Sequence record: NC_019521.1 | DNA: 64,000 bases | Direction: 5' to 3' (one strand) | In this document: positions 35,354 through 46,291 of the stretch, one piece after another | Position numbering within the stretch: the first letter of the stretch is position 1 | Layout of the letters: each line of letters opens with the position of its first letter | Translations under genes and position numbers: made by a program | Notes under the pieces: generated by a model | Seen by the model: only the letters and a program-made list of their open reading frames with translations | Told to the model about the DNA's origin: nothing | Databases searched by the model: none

Positions 35354-38300
35354 ATGACACTTATCGATCCAACATTAACAGATTCACAGAGAACAAAAAC
35401 AGGAGTACATTCACTACAAAGAACGAATGTAAGATTATCTGGTAACATTAAGTACGTTTACGATAATGATTTCATGTATCTCGAATCGATAAACTCTACA
35501 ATGTATTTGTCTTCTTCACAATTCAAAGCTAATAAGATTAACAAGTCAGTTTCTCTTCCATTGGCTGTTAAGAACTTCATGCAAGGTTCTTCTGAATTAA
35601 CTGAATGGTATACACATAAAAACGTAAACTTAGAACAAGCTAAATATCCTTACGAACAGAGGGATTATCTATACGAATGGGGTGCTTATTATGACAGTTC
35701 ATCACCTTTACAGAAAAATAGATTCTTTGCACCATTGTTTACTTATGGTGAATTACCTGAAATGTTTTGTATCTTCAGATTAGAAAACGAATCATACGCT
35801 AACGATATCAAAAAGATTCTAACGAAAGGAAAACTAATCAAAGCTGTAGACATGCGTAAAGGTCATAACAGTTATTTCGATTGGATTAGAACATATTTAT
35901 CGGATAGAAACTTTAGACCTGATTCTTTACAGGTAAATTACAGTGGTGACGATAAATCGATTTCGTATTATGGATTTTCAGCTGAGAATGGTAACTGGGC
36001 TTCTAAGCGTGAATTCGTTCTTAACGATTACTTAGCTAACGAAAGAATGATTCTTGAAACAAATAACGATATCACTAATGGTTATTCCAGGAACTCATTG
36101 ATTCATCCAGCGTTATTCAATTTCGAATTCACTTTCGAAGATTTAGAAGTAGCTAATGGTTGGTCACAATATGTTGGATTCTATTGTAATTTGGATGATA
36201 TAACAACCGGTGAAGCTGAAAACGTATTGTTACAAAATCCTGAAGCGTTATTCATTTCCAAACATAAAAACGAATTCGAAAGAACTATTGAACAAGCTGA
36301 TCCATATTTACAAGTATCGAATAAATTGACAGCTTTCAAATCTGAAGAATTAGCTTCACAAGCTGAATTGAATTGGTTATGGATTCCACCTAAGAACTCA
36401 GTATTACAGATAAGATTTAATTCGATAATTGTTTACGAATTCAAATTTGATTCGTACAATACGATTAAACAGGCGAAACAAGCTTTGTTACGTGATTTTA
36501 GGTCAGCTAAGTTGAATAGTGTTTCGTTAAGAATGTTCGAAGATGGTGATAGATTTTTCATAGCTTCTGTAAATACTTCTGAACAATATGAAAATCTTGA
36601 ATTAGTTTTACCTTCATCTATAAGAACTACTTACGGATTCAAAGTTGTCAATAGTCACGATTTAATAGTAACAGGATTCCCTCAGGAAGACATAATATCT
36701 TTGAATAATGATTTATATTTAATCGAAGAAAGGTATATGTACAGAGACTTCTTTGTTATCAGACTAGACAAAGAAATCAATCTTAGTACAACAACTAATC
36801 TTGAATTGATGTCATATGTTTATCCGGAACTTTTCTTATGCTCTTACATTCCACATAAAGATTTCGATTATTCAATTGACAGGTCTAGTAATTACGATCC
36901 AGTAGATTCCGATCCAGTTCTTAACAAAAAGTATTTGATAGATTCTATTAACGATCCTTTATTTGTAGGAGGATGGGATCAGGATTCTGGAATATCATTA
37001 GCTCAATATAAAGCAAATCTAATCGATATGGTTAATGAACATTTCGATTCTATTAACATACCTAAAGAATTCATGTTAAAAGATTTAGATATCGTTACAT
37101 TAGAAGCTCAGTCAACTGTTCCTAACGAATATCTAAGACTTGAAGAATCAACTAACGCTATTACTAAAGACGTGAATAAATTCAATCCTTTCATAGTTAA
37201 ATGGGGTCATTCACAAGGTCGTAATGTTTATTCAAGACCTTATGATTTGAACATAGCTCTTTCTATGCGATATGATAATTTCGCACCAGAATATTCTAAC
37301 GCTGGAAGGGATTTAAGAACTCATACACATTCTTGGTATGTTATAGGTGAAGGTTTACCTCCATATTTTACTAACGCACGTAAAGCTTTAGGATATACTA
37401 ACAAACCTATAGAATATACTGACTTAATCGATACTGATATTGATGCTTACGAAGAATACTTAACTCACTTGGTTGATGGATATCATGAAACTTCTTGGTC
37501 GGAAATGAAGTTACGTGACGGTTCTCAAACTAATTACTATACATTTTTCAGAGGTGCTGAGTTAGAATTTACTGGTAATTATGAAGGTTACAGATTCTGT
37601 GCTATTTTATTGACAAAGGATCAAGTTTCGACAACATCAGTTTCTGATTACATATCGATAGTTGATAATAAACAGTTCAAAACGTTAACAATTCTTATCA
37701 GATTCTATATACCTGACCCTGTTCTAACATCATTAGAAGGTGGAATACCTTACATGCTTGACAGGTCTTTGTTGTATTTTTCTAACAAAGTATATTCTAC
37801 TAAGAAACTTTCTAGTTTCGGACAAGATGTAATTTCGTTAGATTTGTATAACGAAATCAATAGAAAGTATTTCAATGGTGTTGATGTAGGTTATGATTGG
37901 AGACATCACGATGTTCCTTCTAATACTACTTACTATAACATTAGAAGGGGTGATATTTTCAGATGGAACGGTGATTTCTTAGATGTATTGTCACAAGGTG
38001 ATGATTTTACTTGGAGAACTGTTAGAAACGATGGTACTACTATCGTCGAATACAAAGCTGTTAACGTAATCGAAATTCAGTCAGAATATTTCTGGTGTGA
38101 GGATATACAAATGCGTTCTTTCAGAGAACCAACTGGTCAACAATGGAGATCATTGAAATCTGAATTAGCTAGTTATACTGGTGAACCAACTTTACTTACT
38201 AAAGATAACGATTGGTATATTTCTAAAGCTATTTCATATTACAACTCTATTTACGATATCGTAGTATCACCTAGAACGAATAACAAAAGATATAAAGCTG

Positions 38301-39142
38301 TATCATTTGCTGCTATAGCTAACATATTGAACAATTACGCAATTAACTATACTTACGTAACCGAATCTGATATTACTGTTTCTGAGAAAAGGATAAAAGT
38401 TTATGAACCTTCTTATTTTCCGATACTGAATTCTATTAAGTCTGAAGACAATCGGTTATTACAGTTAGAAGATACTCAGTTAATTTTTCCAATGTATCGA
38501 TATAGTGGAACATATTCTCCGATTTTTAGAACTATTTACAATGGTTCTATGCTATACAATTCTAGTAAACATGGTACTATCGAAAAGATAAATAAAGACT
38601 TACGTTACATAAAGAAATGGTCAACTATTTCAATGACTGATCAAATCGATATCGAAGATCGTAATTATACATTATCACCGATTTATGATAGTACTTTGAA
38701 ATTGTATAATAACGATAACTTCTCAATAATGAATCGATATACTAACGTAAACAAATCGAATTCGTTTATATCATCAATTTTTAGATACTTCGATACTATC
38801 GAAATCATATCTACTGAAAGAATTTTTGATTTACGAAATCTAACTAGAGAAGTTTTACTAAGCACAGTATTTGGAGCTAGTTATGCAAATAATACAATAT
38901 CGAATCAAATGAAATTAGATGTATTGAAAACTTATGTACATAATGCTACAATGAATTCAATGCAGTTAGAAGATGTTGATAACTATACTTATACGAATTT
39001 CTTTCTAGGTACGTTTATCAGCATGTATTCTATAGATAGAATATTGACAATCGATGATAAGATAATCCAATATAGTCAGAAGAATACTTTCGAATACGAA
39101 ATGGAAGCTGATTATGGTAGAATTATTTTGAAATTGTCTTAA
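35354..39142 (+). CDS. Large putative virion (baseplate/tail) protein
   Basis: 1262 aa, aromatic/beta-rich, in the late block. No family recognised. Confidence 0.6.
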   Translation: MTLIDPTLTDSQRTKTGVHSLQRTNVRLSGNIKYVYDNDFMYLESINSTMYLSSSQFKANKINKSVSLPLAVKNFMQGSSELTEWYTHKNVNLEQAKYPYEQRDYLYEWGAYYDSSSPLQKNRFFAPLFTYGELPEMFCIFRLENESYANDIKKILTKGKLIKAVDMRKGHNSYFDWIRTYLSDRNFRPDSLQVNYSGDDKSISYYGFSAENGNWASKREFVLNDYLANERMILETNNDITNGYSRNSLIHPALFNFEFTFEDLEVANGWSQYVGFYCNLDDITTGEAENVLLQNPEALFISKHKNEFERTIEQADPYLQVSNKLTAFKSEELASQAELNWLWIPPKNSVLQIRFNSIIVYEFKFDSYNTIKQAKQALLRDFRSAKLNSVSLRMFEDGDRFFIASVNTSEQYENLELVLPSSIRTTYGFKVVNSHDLIVTGFPQEDIISLNNDLYLIEERYMYRDFFVIRLDKEINLSTTTNLELMSYVYPELFLCSYIPHKDFDYSIDRSSNYDPVDSDPVLNKKYLIDSINDPLFVGGWDQDSGISLAQYKANLIDMVNEHFDSINIPKEFMLKDLDIVTLEAQSTVPNEYLRLEESTNAITKDVNKFNPFIVKWGHSQGRNVYSRPYDLNIALSMRYDNFAPEYSNAGRDLRTHTHSWYVIGEGLPPYFTNARKALGYTNKPIEYTDLIDTDIDAYEEYLTHLVDGYHETSWSEMKLRDGSQTNYYTFFRGAELEFTGNYEGYRFCAILLTKDQVSTTSVSDYISIVDNKQFKTLTILIRFYIPDPVLTSLEGGIPYMLDRSLLYFSNKVYSTKKLSSFGQDVISLDLYNEINRKYFNGVDVGYDWRHHDVPSNTTYYNIRRGDIFRWNGDFLDVLSQGDDFTWRTVRNDGTTIVEYKAVNVIEIQSEYFWCEDIQMRSFREPTGQQWRSLKSELASYTGEPTLLTKDNDWYISKAISYYNSIYDIVVSPRTNNKRYKAVSFAAIANILNNYAINYTYVTESDITVSEKRIKVYEPSYFPILNSIKSEDNRLLQLEDTQLIFPMYRYSGTYSPIFRTIYNGSMLYNSSKHGTIEKINKDLRYIKKWSTISMTDQIDIEDRNYTLSPIYDSTLKLYNNDNFSIMNRYTNVNKSNSFISSIFRYFDTIEIISTERIFDLRNLTREVLLSTVFGASYANNTISNQMKLDVLKTYVHNATMNSMQLEDVDNYTYTNFFLGTFISMYSIDRILTIDDKIIQYSQKNTFEYEMEADYGRIILKLS

Positions 39143-39145
39143 AAT

Positions 39146-39153
39146 TATACATA
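39146..39153 (+). promoter_or_regulatory. Putative late promoter TATACATA
   Basis: Intergenic, before ORF 39179. Confidence 0.6.
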
Positions 39154-39178
39154 TATCATAAAACGAAATTAACAAGGA

Positions 39179-41806
39179 ATGGAAAATCTTCAAGATACTG
39201 GTATAAGGCTTAAACAACTATCCGTTAGTGATTGGAATACTTTAATTGAGAATTTGAACTATAACTTCTCGATACTTTTATCCAGTCCTTTGTTCAAGGG
39301 TATGCCTGGTAGGGAAGGTCTTCCAGGTCCTTCAACTAACGGTGAAAGGGGTTCAAGATGGTTTTGGGCTATTTGGGATGATTTCAGAGTAGCTTACAAT
39401 CTAACGAATCCTAATCAAGTGAATTTAGCTTTCATAAATGGGCAATTGGCTTCAGATTTAGCTAAATTATGTGACACTTTAAAAACTGATTCGATTATAT
39501 CAAATGATAATATAGTTTTACCTGACGGAAGTATCATAACATTCGATATTACTTTAGGTAAGTTCAAGGATGCTGGAATGTCATTTGCACAAGCACAAGG
39601 TGTTACCGAACAACGTGTTAATCAAATGATTAATGATGCTATCGCAGGTATTAACGAAGGTTCTATCATTTATGAAGTATTTAAAGCTTACGCAAAGAAC
39701 TTCCCTGATGCTACAACTTCTGGAAATAATAATCAAGTAAACCCTGATTCTATTATCGATATCGGTTCTCCTTTATCGAAACCAGGATATCTTCTAGATA
39801 AACATAGATTCGTAGCATTATCAACTTCGAATATGAATTCTATGGATGATGCTACAACATTCATATTCGGTGCTGCTGAAATGTATCATAACTTGATTCA
39901 AAAGACTCAGAACGGTGCTGGTAAAACAACTAACGAATATGGTCCAGGTGTAAACGATTCTACAGCTTTAGCTGTATTACAGGATAACTATAAAAATGGT
40001 ATCATAATCGGTTACAAAGGAGCTAATACACTTAGAGACTTTGCTAGAATTTATAGGGATCTAAACGCTTTACGATTAACTTCGAATTATTCAGTATACG
40101 AAAACGAATTCTCAGAAATCATAATTCGTGAAGACGTTATTAAGTTACGTACTAAGGATATGTCACAGACTAGTGAAGTTCAGGTTGAATCGAATTTCAA
40201 AGTTATTGGTAAGGCTAGATTTATGTCTGATATCTTACATACAGCATTTGAAGTATTAACTGCTCAAAATGTAACGAACATTGGTATACATCAATCTTTA
40301 ATGCCTGTTGGACAGACTTACAAAATAGATTTCAAGGAAACTCCTACATTTAGTACGATTCCAAACATGACATTTTTAAGTACTGATGCTTTAGGTAAGG
40401 TTAGAGGTTCTGGATATACTGTTACTGGTGTGGTTAATGGTTCTTCAACTTCTACACAGATTCCAACAGCTTTAGCTGTAATGAACGCTTTAAATGGATT
40501 CAATCAGAATATAGCAAATCAAATAGCTACGATTAATAACAGTATAAACGTTTTAAATAATAACGTAGGTAATTTACAAAGGGATGCTTTACAATTTAGA
40601 AATTCTGTTGCTATTCCAAGTGATGCTTCACCTAATGGTATTTATCGATTAGCTGCTGGAACTTCTCCTAATAATCAACCAGGATATGTTTTGAATTTGG
40701 TAGATACTTCTACTTCCACTAAAGCTCAATTTGCTGTAACAACTACTGATATATTGTTCAGAGCTTCGACAAGTTCTATAAATTCTGTAGCTTGGATTAC
40801 TTTAGCTAAAAAGACTGATTTGGATAATGTTAATGCTGCATTAACAGCCAGACTTAATGGTCATGATGTTGATATATCAAATTTAAGTTCGTTAGTTTCT
40901 GGTAACTATACAACACTAGATAATAAGATAAATACAGTAAATACGAATCTTACTAATAAGATAAACAGTGATATAGCTAATACTGTTACAATGCTAAGAA
41001 CTGAAACTGTACAAGCTATTCAAGGTATATCAGTTTCTGGTGGGTTGATAAAATCTAACGTAGGTAACTCCATCAATATAGCTCACCCGACATTCGGAAC
41101 TACTGTTCAACAGGAAGCTAATCCAAGTAGAATCATTACTTCGATTAGTACTAATAATGGTCATGTAACAGATGTAAAATGGACACCTTTTACATCAACT
41201 GGTGAGTTAGTTTATGGTATGGTTATAGACTTGATAGCATTCTACACACCTCCAGGATATTGGAATTGGTGGAATGATAGTGGTAGTATGAATTTTCATA
41301 GGGCTATAGTTGGTCAGTATTTCGAGCTTAATGGAAGAGGTAAAGTAAATGCACAAGCTATGATAAGTGGTGGTACAATTAAAGAATTTGATTTAAGTAA
41401 ATTCGTTTTATGTGATGGTAGAAATGGTACACCAAACCTTACTGGTCTAGTACTTATAGGTCAAGGTTATTCTAAAGCTTTAGATAGTTATGGTTACAGA
41501 GTAGACCCAGGTTTTTACATATCTGGTGACGCATTGATTCCACATACACCGAATACAGGTTCACATGAATATGGTCTACCGATTTATGGTTTGTCCACAA
41601 AGAGATTAAGTATAGCTGAAATGCCAGCCCACGATCACCAAGTTACATTTATGGAACCTTATCAAGAAAGAGAAGGTGGTGGTACTAAAACAAGATATGT
41701 ACAAGCTTCATCTAAAACTAAAACTACGACAAGTACTGGTAATGGTAACAGATTCTCAATATTACCAACATCTTTCTCGACATTCAAGTTAATGTATACA
41801 GGTTAG
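39179..41806 (+). CDS. Tail fibre protein with collar-like C-terminal domain
   Basis: Short GxxGxxG stretch, coiled-coil stalk, C-terminal FVLCDGRNGTPNL...LSIAEMPAHDH...NRFSILP collar/tip motif. Confidence 0.75.
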   Translation: MENLQDTGIRLKQLSVSDWNTLIENLNYNFSILLSSPLFKGMPGREGLPGPSTNGERGSRWFWAIWDDFRVAYNLTNPNQVNLAFINGQLASDLAKLCDTLKTDSIISNDNIVLPDGSIITFDITLGKFKDAGMSFAQAQGVTEQRVNQMINDAIAGINEGSIIYEVFKAYAKNFPDATTSGNNNQVNPDSIIDIGSPLSKPGYLLDKHRFVALSTSNMNSMDDATTFIFGAAEMYHNLIQKTQNGAGKTTNEYGPGVNDSTALAVLQDNYKNGIIIGYKGANTLRDFARIYRDLNALRLTSNYSVYENEFSEIIIREDVIKLRTKDMSQTSEVQVESNFKVIGKARFMSDILHTAFEVLTAQNVTNIGIHQSLMPVGQTYKIDFKETPTFSTIPNMTFLSTDALGKVRGSGYTVTGVVNGSSTSTQIPTALAVMNALNGFNQNIANQIATINNSINVLNNNVGNLQRDALQFRNSVAIPSDASPNGIYRLAAGTSPNNQPGYVLNLVDTSTSTKAQFAVTTTDILFRASTSSINSVAWITLAKKTDLDNVNAALTARLNGHDVDISNLSSLVSGNYTTLDNKINTVNTNLTNKINSDIANTVTMLRTETVQAIQGISVSGGLIKSNVGNSINIAHPTFGTTVQQEANPSRIITSISTNNGHVTDVKWTPFTSTGELVYGMVIDLIAFYTPPGYWNWWNDSGSMNFHRAIVGQYFELNGRGKVNAQAMISGGTIKEFDLSKFVLCDGRNGTPNLTGLVLIGQGYSKALDSYGYRVDPGFYISGDALIPHTPNTGSHEYGLPIYGLSTKRLSIAEMPAHDHQVTFMEPYQEREGGGTKTRYVQASSKTKTTTSTGNGNRFSILPTSFSTFKLMYTG

Positions 41807-41834
41807 ATTTTTAATTGTTCATCATATTCTTTTT

Positions 41835-41871
41835 AAACCCCATGAAATTTCATGGGGTTTTTAAGTATAAT
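41835..41871 (+). promoter_or_regulatory. Palindrome/terminator with variant class I promoter
   Basis: Perfect 26-nt palindrome AAACCCCATGAAATTTCATGGGGTTT. TGAAAT 41843, N14, AAGTATAAT 41863. Confidence 0.65.
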
Positions 41872-41879
41872 TATACATA
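41872..41879 (+). promoter_or_regulatory. Putative late promoter TATACATA
   Basis: Before ORF 41907. Confidence 0.6.
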
Positions 41880-41906
41880 TATCATAAAAACTAAAGAAAC
41901 AAGACT

Positions 41907-43061
41907 ATGAGTAATGCTCTAATCGGTTCTTATACAAGAATCAAACCTATCAATAGAGGTAGCGATGCTGTTACTTCTGAGAAAATAGAAATTGTAGATG
42001 TTCAGGGTGATTTCGCTTACACTAAAAAAGGTGAAAAAATAGACGTATTAGATTTATTCGACTCTACGCAATATGTTAAAAGTAATTTAGATTCAATTAA
42101 CTTAGGTGCTGGAAATCAGTTTAGAAATACTGCATCAAAAACTAATGAATCGAATCCTGGAATACATCATTCTCAAGTATTACCAGAACCTACTGTATCA
42201 ATACAAAATGTTACAGCTACATCACAGCCCGTTCAACAAGCTAAAGTTTCACCATTAACTGAACAGCAACAATTCGTAGATAGTGCTATTAAGATTTCAA
42301 AGAAACAAGGAACTAATTGTATCTATTCTATCGAAATTGAATTCTGTAACCATTTCGATATTGAATTCATTCATAAAACCGCTAAAGCTTTAAACGTTTC
42401 AGACTCTGACATAGCTAAAGTGGTTTCACAAAACCTTGATAACATTACATTAGAAGATATCAAACGTAAGATAGTTTCGCAGGTACTTGGTATCGAACAT
42501 GTAATCGAAGAACCAAAAGTTGTAGAAGTAATCGAAGAAAATACAAATGATAAAGAAACAGGAATAGCTTATGTAACTGTAGCTTCTCAATTTTTCAACG
42601 ATCCTGTAGTTTTGATACTGGATTATCAAGAAGCTGGTATTGAACAATCTGATATTACTAATACAGTTTTACCTAATGAAACGATTCTTCAAAACTTTTT
42701 AACAGATGGTAACCTTGTACATTCAGTTAAGAATGGAATCTCTGATATGATCGAAAGTTTCGGTAGTAATATAAGCAAAGATAATATCAAGTTCGAATTC
42801 GCTGAAGATGTATATTACAGTATGTTCGATTCTATTTCTGATATAGTTCTAGAAGAACCTAAGGTTTTAGAAAATGTAGAACCTGTTGTAATTAACGAAT
42901 CGACAATTACTGAAGAATCTGAAACTACTGAGAAAGAAGAGGAAATCATCAATCCTGTAACATTACAAGAAGCTAAAGAAAACACTTCAAAATTACCTAG
43001 AGTACCGAAACTTAATTCTTTATCCAGTTTATGGAAAATGAAAAACGTTTCTAAAGACTAA
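41907..43061 (+). CDS. Hypothetical protein with acidic, low-complexity C-terminus
   Basis: 384-aa ORF. Confidence 0.75.
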   Translation: MSNALIGSYTRIKPINRGSDAVTSEKIEIVDVQGDFAYTKKGEKIDVLDLFDSTQYVKSNLDSINLGAGNQFRNTASKTNESNPGIHHSQVLPEPTVSIQNVTATSQPVQQAKVSPLTEQQQFVDSAIKISKKQGTNCIYSIEIEFCNHFDIEFIHKTAKALNVSDSDIAKVVSQNLDNITLEDIKRKIVSQVLGIEHVIEEPKVVEVIEENTNDKETGIAYVTVASQFFNDPVVLILDYQEAGIEQSDITNTVLPNETILQNFLTDGNLVHSVKNGISDMIESFGSNISKDNIKFEFAEDVYYSMFDSISDIVLEEPKVLENVEPVVINESTITEESETTEKEEEIINPVTLQEAKENTSKLPRVPKLNSLSSLWKMKNVSKD

Positions 43062-43065
43062 CAAT

Positions 43066-43073
43066 TATACATA
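43066..43073 (+). promoter_or_regulatory. Putative late promoter TATACATA
   Basis: 4 nt before ATG 43078. Confidence 0.6.
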
Positions 43074-43077
43074 GAAT

Positions 43078-43533
43078 ATGGATATACTTCATAGAAAGCT
43101 GCACGCTAAAGATGATGTTGTTTATTTTCTTAGAAGTTCTATAGAAAATCCTTTCCTATACCTCAGATTTAGGGGTATAGTAAAGGATGTTATAATCGAA
43201 GGTGAATCAATAACATATCATCTTAAAACTGTACAAGTTCACGAATCTTTCGAAGATGTTAAAACTCATTTGAATCGTGTACGTTTTAGAGTAAGAGGTC
43301 GTAAGATAAACAGATATTTAGACAAATGGACATATTCATTTGATGTTCGAGAGAAAACATATTCAGATGATTTCTGTAAGAAATATGCTAACTATCTATT
43401 CGATGTTCCATCATTACTTGTATTCGAAACTAGAGACGAATTAGAGACCAATCTGAATAAGCTTAATAAGAAAATACTTAATGACTTAAACAGATACACA
43501 CATTTTGTAAAAGTTAGAACGAATGAATATTAA
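43078..43533 (+). CDS. Hypothetical protein
   Basis: 151-aa ORF. Confidence 0.75.
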   Translation: MDILHRKLHAKDDVVYFLRSSIENPFLYLRFRGIVKDVIIEGESITYHLKTVQVHESFEDVKTHLNRVRFRVRGRKINRYLDKWTYSFDVREKTYSDDFCKKYANYLFDVPSLLVFETRDELETNLNKLNKKILNDLNRYTHFVKVRTNEY

Positions 43534-45133
43534 CGATGCGCCTGTAACAGATAATATCGATACTAAAGAAACGATAGAAGTATCTAAGAATGAATTTAGT
43601 AACGATGTATTACCCGAAGTTCAATGGGGTGACGAGTTCTTCGATTTGGAAGAAATTGAGTTACCACGTGGTGATGATTTTCATGATACAGATTCAGGTG
43701 AAGTACCAGCACCAAAAATAACTGGACATCAGTCACTTTTCAATGATTATCATCTTTTCAAATACAAGGGTCCACATGCTAACGCTTATCCTAGAACTGA
43801 TGATGAATATCGAATACGTGAAGGAAATAAGTTATATGCTGACATAAAGCTTACAGATTTAATAAAGAATCCTTTAGGTCATAGAATTTATAAAGCTGCT
43901 GACTTTTTGTATCTTGAAGATATTGGTTCACCTATAAATAGAATGATTACGTTAAGACGTTTTCCATTTCCTATTCTAGATGATATCACAGATACTTCTA
44001 CAATAAAGGATCATGATATAGGTAGACTTGTTACTTTCATGACGGAAGATGTAAATAAGCTTTCTGATTTCATGACATTCGATTATGGAATGAATTGGAG
44101 ACCTTTGGAAGCTTCAACTGAACGAGCTGACATGCAAGGTGATCAGAATGGTGTAAATGGTTACATGAAAGACATACTTAGATTCGTTGACCCAAAATTC
44201 GGTAGAGAAGCGATGATGGGTGAAAATCGTTTAGATTACAATCCTATTCATGACAATAACCGAGTTTATGGTCCAGTTGATTCTATTCATACTACACATA
44301 TTCGTGATATAGGTCTTAGATTTGAATTCGAAACTACTTTGACATTTAGATACAAACTAGATTCTATAAACGGTATTAACGGTAAGGCTGCATTTATCGA
44401 CTTGATTTCAAATATTCTAGCAGTTACTATGAACAACGGTAAATTCTGGGGTGGTGCTAGATTCTGGACAGGTCCTAGACCTACAAGATATTTGAAAGAC
44501 TTACAGTTCCTTTCAGCAACATCATTTGATGATTTTCTAACTAAAGGTTTCGATCAAATGAAAGTAGTTTTGAATAAGTTTACAGGTCCTAATGCTAAGA
44601 CTAACGTTGTAAACTTGTTGAAAACAATCGCTTTTAATGCTTTGAATCTTGGATTTGGTCAGTTACTTGACAAAGTTGGTAGACCTTCAATTCCAATGAT
44701 TACTTCATTATTGACTAACGCACCAATAGGTAACTGGCATTTAACAGTTGGTAATCCTATGAATCCTATAATTACTATCGGTAACTTGATTTTAACTAAT
44801 TCTAAATTAGGATTCGGTGATACTTTAGGATATGATGATTTCCCTGATGAAATAGTTTTGGAAGTTACTTTGAAACCAGCAATGCCCAAGGATAAAGCTG
44901 GTATAGAATCAATGTTTAACTTAGGTAAAGGTAGAACTTACTGGAAGCCTACTGATGAAGCTTTAAAGAAACGTAGAAGTGGTGGTAAACGTAGAAATCC
45001 TGACCATGGTTTAGTATACAACGAATTGATCTCAAGACCTATTGACGCTTTAGCTACAGGTAGATATGATGCTGCTGAAGCTAGAGATGTTTTGAAAGAC
45101 GTGATATACGATTTCCGTCAGTTGAAGAAATAG
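43523..45133 (+). CDS. Putative baseplate/tail-tube cap-like structural protein
   Basis: 536 aa. RMITLRRFP, FEFETTLTFRY, WHLTVGNPMNP...LEVTLKPAMP resemble tube-fold baseplate proteins. Tentative. Confidence 0.5.
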   Translation: MNINDAPVTDNIDTKETIEVSKNEFSNDVLPEVQWGDEFFDLEEIELPRGDDFHDTDSGEVPAPKITGHQSLFNDYHLFKYKGPHANAYPRTDDEYRIREGNKLYADIKLTDLIKNPLGHRIYKAADFLYLEDIGSPINRMITLRRFPFPILDDITDTSTIKDHDIGRLVTFMTEDVNKLSDFMTFDYGMNWRPLEASTERADMQGDQNGVNGYMKDILRFVDPKFGREAMMGENRLDYNPIHDNNRVYGPVDSIHTTHIRDIGLRFEFETTLTFRYKLDSINGINGKAAFIDLISNILAVTMNNGKFWGGARFWTGPRPTRYLKDLQFLSATSFDDFLTKGFDQMKVVLNKFTGPNAKTNVVNLLKTIAFNALNLGFGQLLDKVGRPSIPMITSLLTNAPIGNWHLTVGNPMNPIITIGNLILTNSKLGFGDTLGYDDFPDEIVLEVTLKPAMPKDKAGIESMFNLGKGRTYWKPTDEALKKRRSGGKRRNPDHGLVYNELISRPIDALATGRYDAAEARDVLKDVIYDFRQLKK

Positions 45134-45138
45134 AAATT

Positions 45139-45146
45139 AATACATA
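45139..45146 (+). promoter_or_regulatory. Putative late promoter AATACATA
   Basis: Intergenic, before ORF 45177. Confidence 0.55.
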
Positions 45147-45176
45147 TACTTTACAATAAAGATAACAAAACTAAAT

Positions 45177-46220
45177 ATGAAAGGATTACATAATCTATAT
45201 GAAGCTAAACTAAATGAAGCTAATGAATCTAAGAAAATCAATGAACTGTTCAAATATCCATTGACGAAAAACTTCTTATTAAATTTATCCAAAGAAAAAG
45301 GTATCGATTTATCTAGAATAACTGATGATCAAGTATCATTAGTTACTCGTCTTGTTAAATCTGAAGATACTTATAATCGTGTATCTTTATACGATTTCAT
45401 GGATTTAGGTAAATCGAAAAATTATAACAGATATGCTAGTAATGACATAGCTTACTATATTTTTCAGAAAATTGACGGTACACCGTTTTTGATAATCGAA
45501 CAGGACATGAATGATAAAAAGGATAAATATTCTCAAGTTGCTGTTGATCCTTCTCTAAAACGTGTTTTCCCAAAATCGTCTAATCAATTGTTTATTGGTA
45601 TTGGAAACTGGTTAACTGATAATTTCAGTGATTCAGCATTTACTGTTACTGTAATGAATATTAGAAATCTTACAGTTATGGATCATAAAGCATTAGACGA
45701 TAAAAAGAAAGGATATGCTTTAGCTAACGATAATACTAATCTAGGTGTACTTTCTATGTTAATGAAAAATTCTAACATGGAAGTTAATGATTTAGAAGGT
45801 ATAATCGAAAAAGATTTAGCTAACGAATTGTCTAAGTACGGTAATAGTTTCAAAAATCATAGAACATATTGTTCAATGGGTACTAATGACGGTGTTACTA
45901 CTATACGTAGAATTGGTATTGAAGCTTCATCAAGCTTTAACCGTGCACCTTCTGACGCTTTACAGAAACTTGATATTTCTTTAGAACATTGGAGAGATTC
46001 TAAAACTAAAAAGACTTTAGAACTTAATCAATTTAGATCAGAATATGAAATGTATGACGATATTTCCAAAGATTTAGATATTTACAGTAAAGCTGTTAAC
46101 GATATAAAAAGTCTTGACAAATTCCTTACAGAATATTTCCATGATATAAATTCCAACAGTGGTAAAATGAATAAGAATACACAGTTGCGAAAACTAGCAC
46201 AGAAATACAAAGACATGTAA
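45177..46220 (+). CDS. Hypothetical protein, possible internal head protein
   Basis: N-terminus MKGLHNLYEAKLNEANESKKINE with repeated (L/I)xE sites. Confidence 0.6.
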   Translation: MKGLHNLYEAKLNEANESKKINELFKYPLTKNFLLNLSKEKGIDLSRITDDQVSLVTRLVKSEDTYNRVSLYDFMDLGKSKNYNRYASNDIAYYIFQKIDGTPFLIIEQDMNDKKDKYSQVAVDPSLKRVFPKSSNQLFIGIGNWLTDNFSDSAFTVTVMNIRNLTVMDHKALDDKKKGYALANDNTNLGVLSMLMKNSNMEVNDLEGIIEKDLANELSKYGNSFKNHRTYCSMGTNDGVTTIRRIGIEASSSFNRAPSDALQKLDISLEHWRDSKTKKTLELNQFRSEYEMYDDISKDLDIYSKAVNDIKSLDKFLTEYFHDINSNSGKMNKNTQLRKLAQKYKDM

Positions 46221-46225
46221 AAATA

Positions 46226-46254
46226 AGTAACTTTGCATAATTCTTTAGTACTAT
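46226..46254 (+). promoter_or_regulatory. Class I promoter variant
   Basis: AGTAAC-N14-TAGTACTAT. Confidence 0.6.
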
Positions 46255-46291
46255 TCTATCATACTAAAATGATAATTTAATACAAAGAATT

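Noticed and set aside
39293-39355. Collagen-like repeat array in the tail fibre
   Set aside because: Only a few Gly-X-Y triplets, too short to call a collagen domain.
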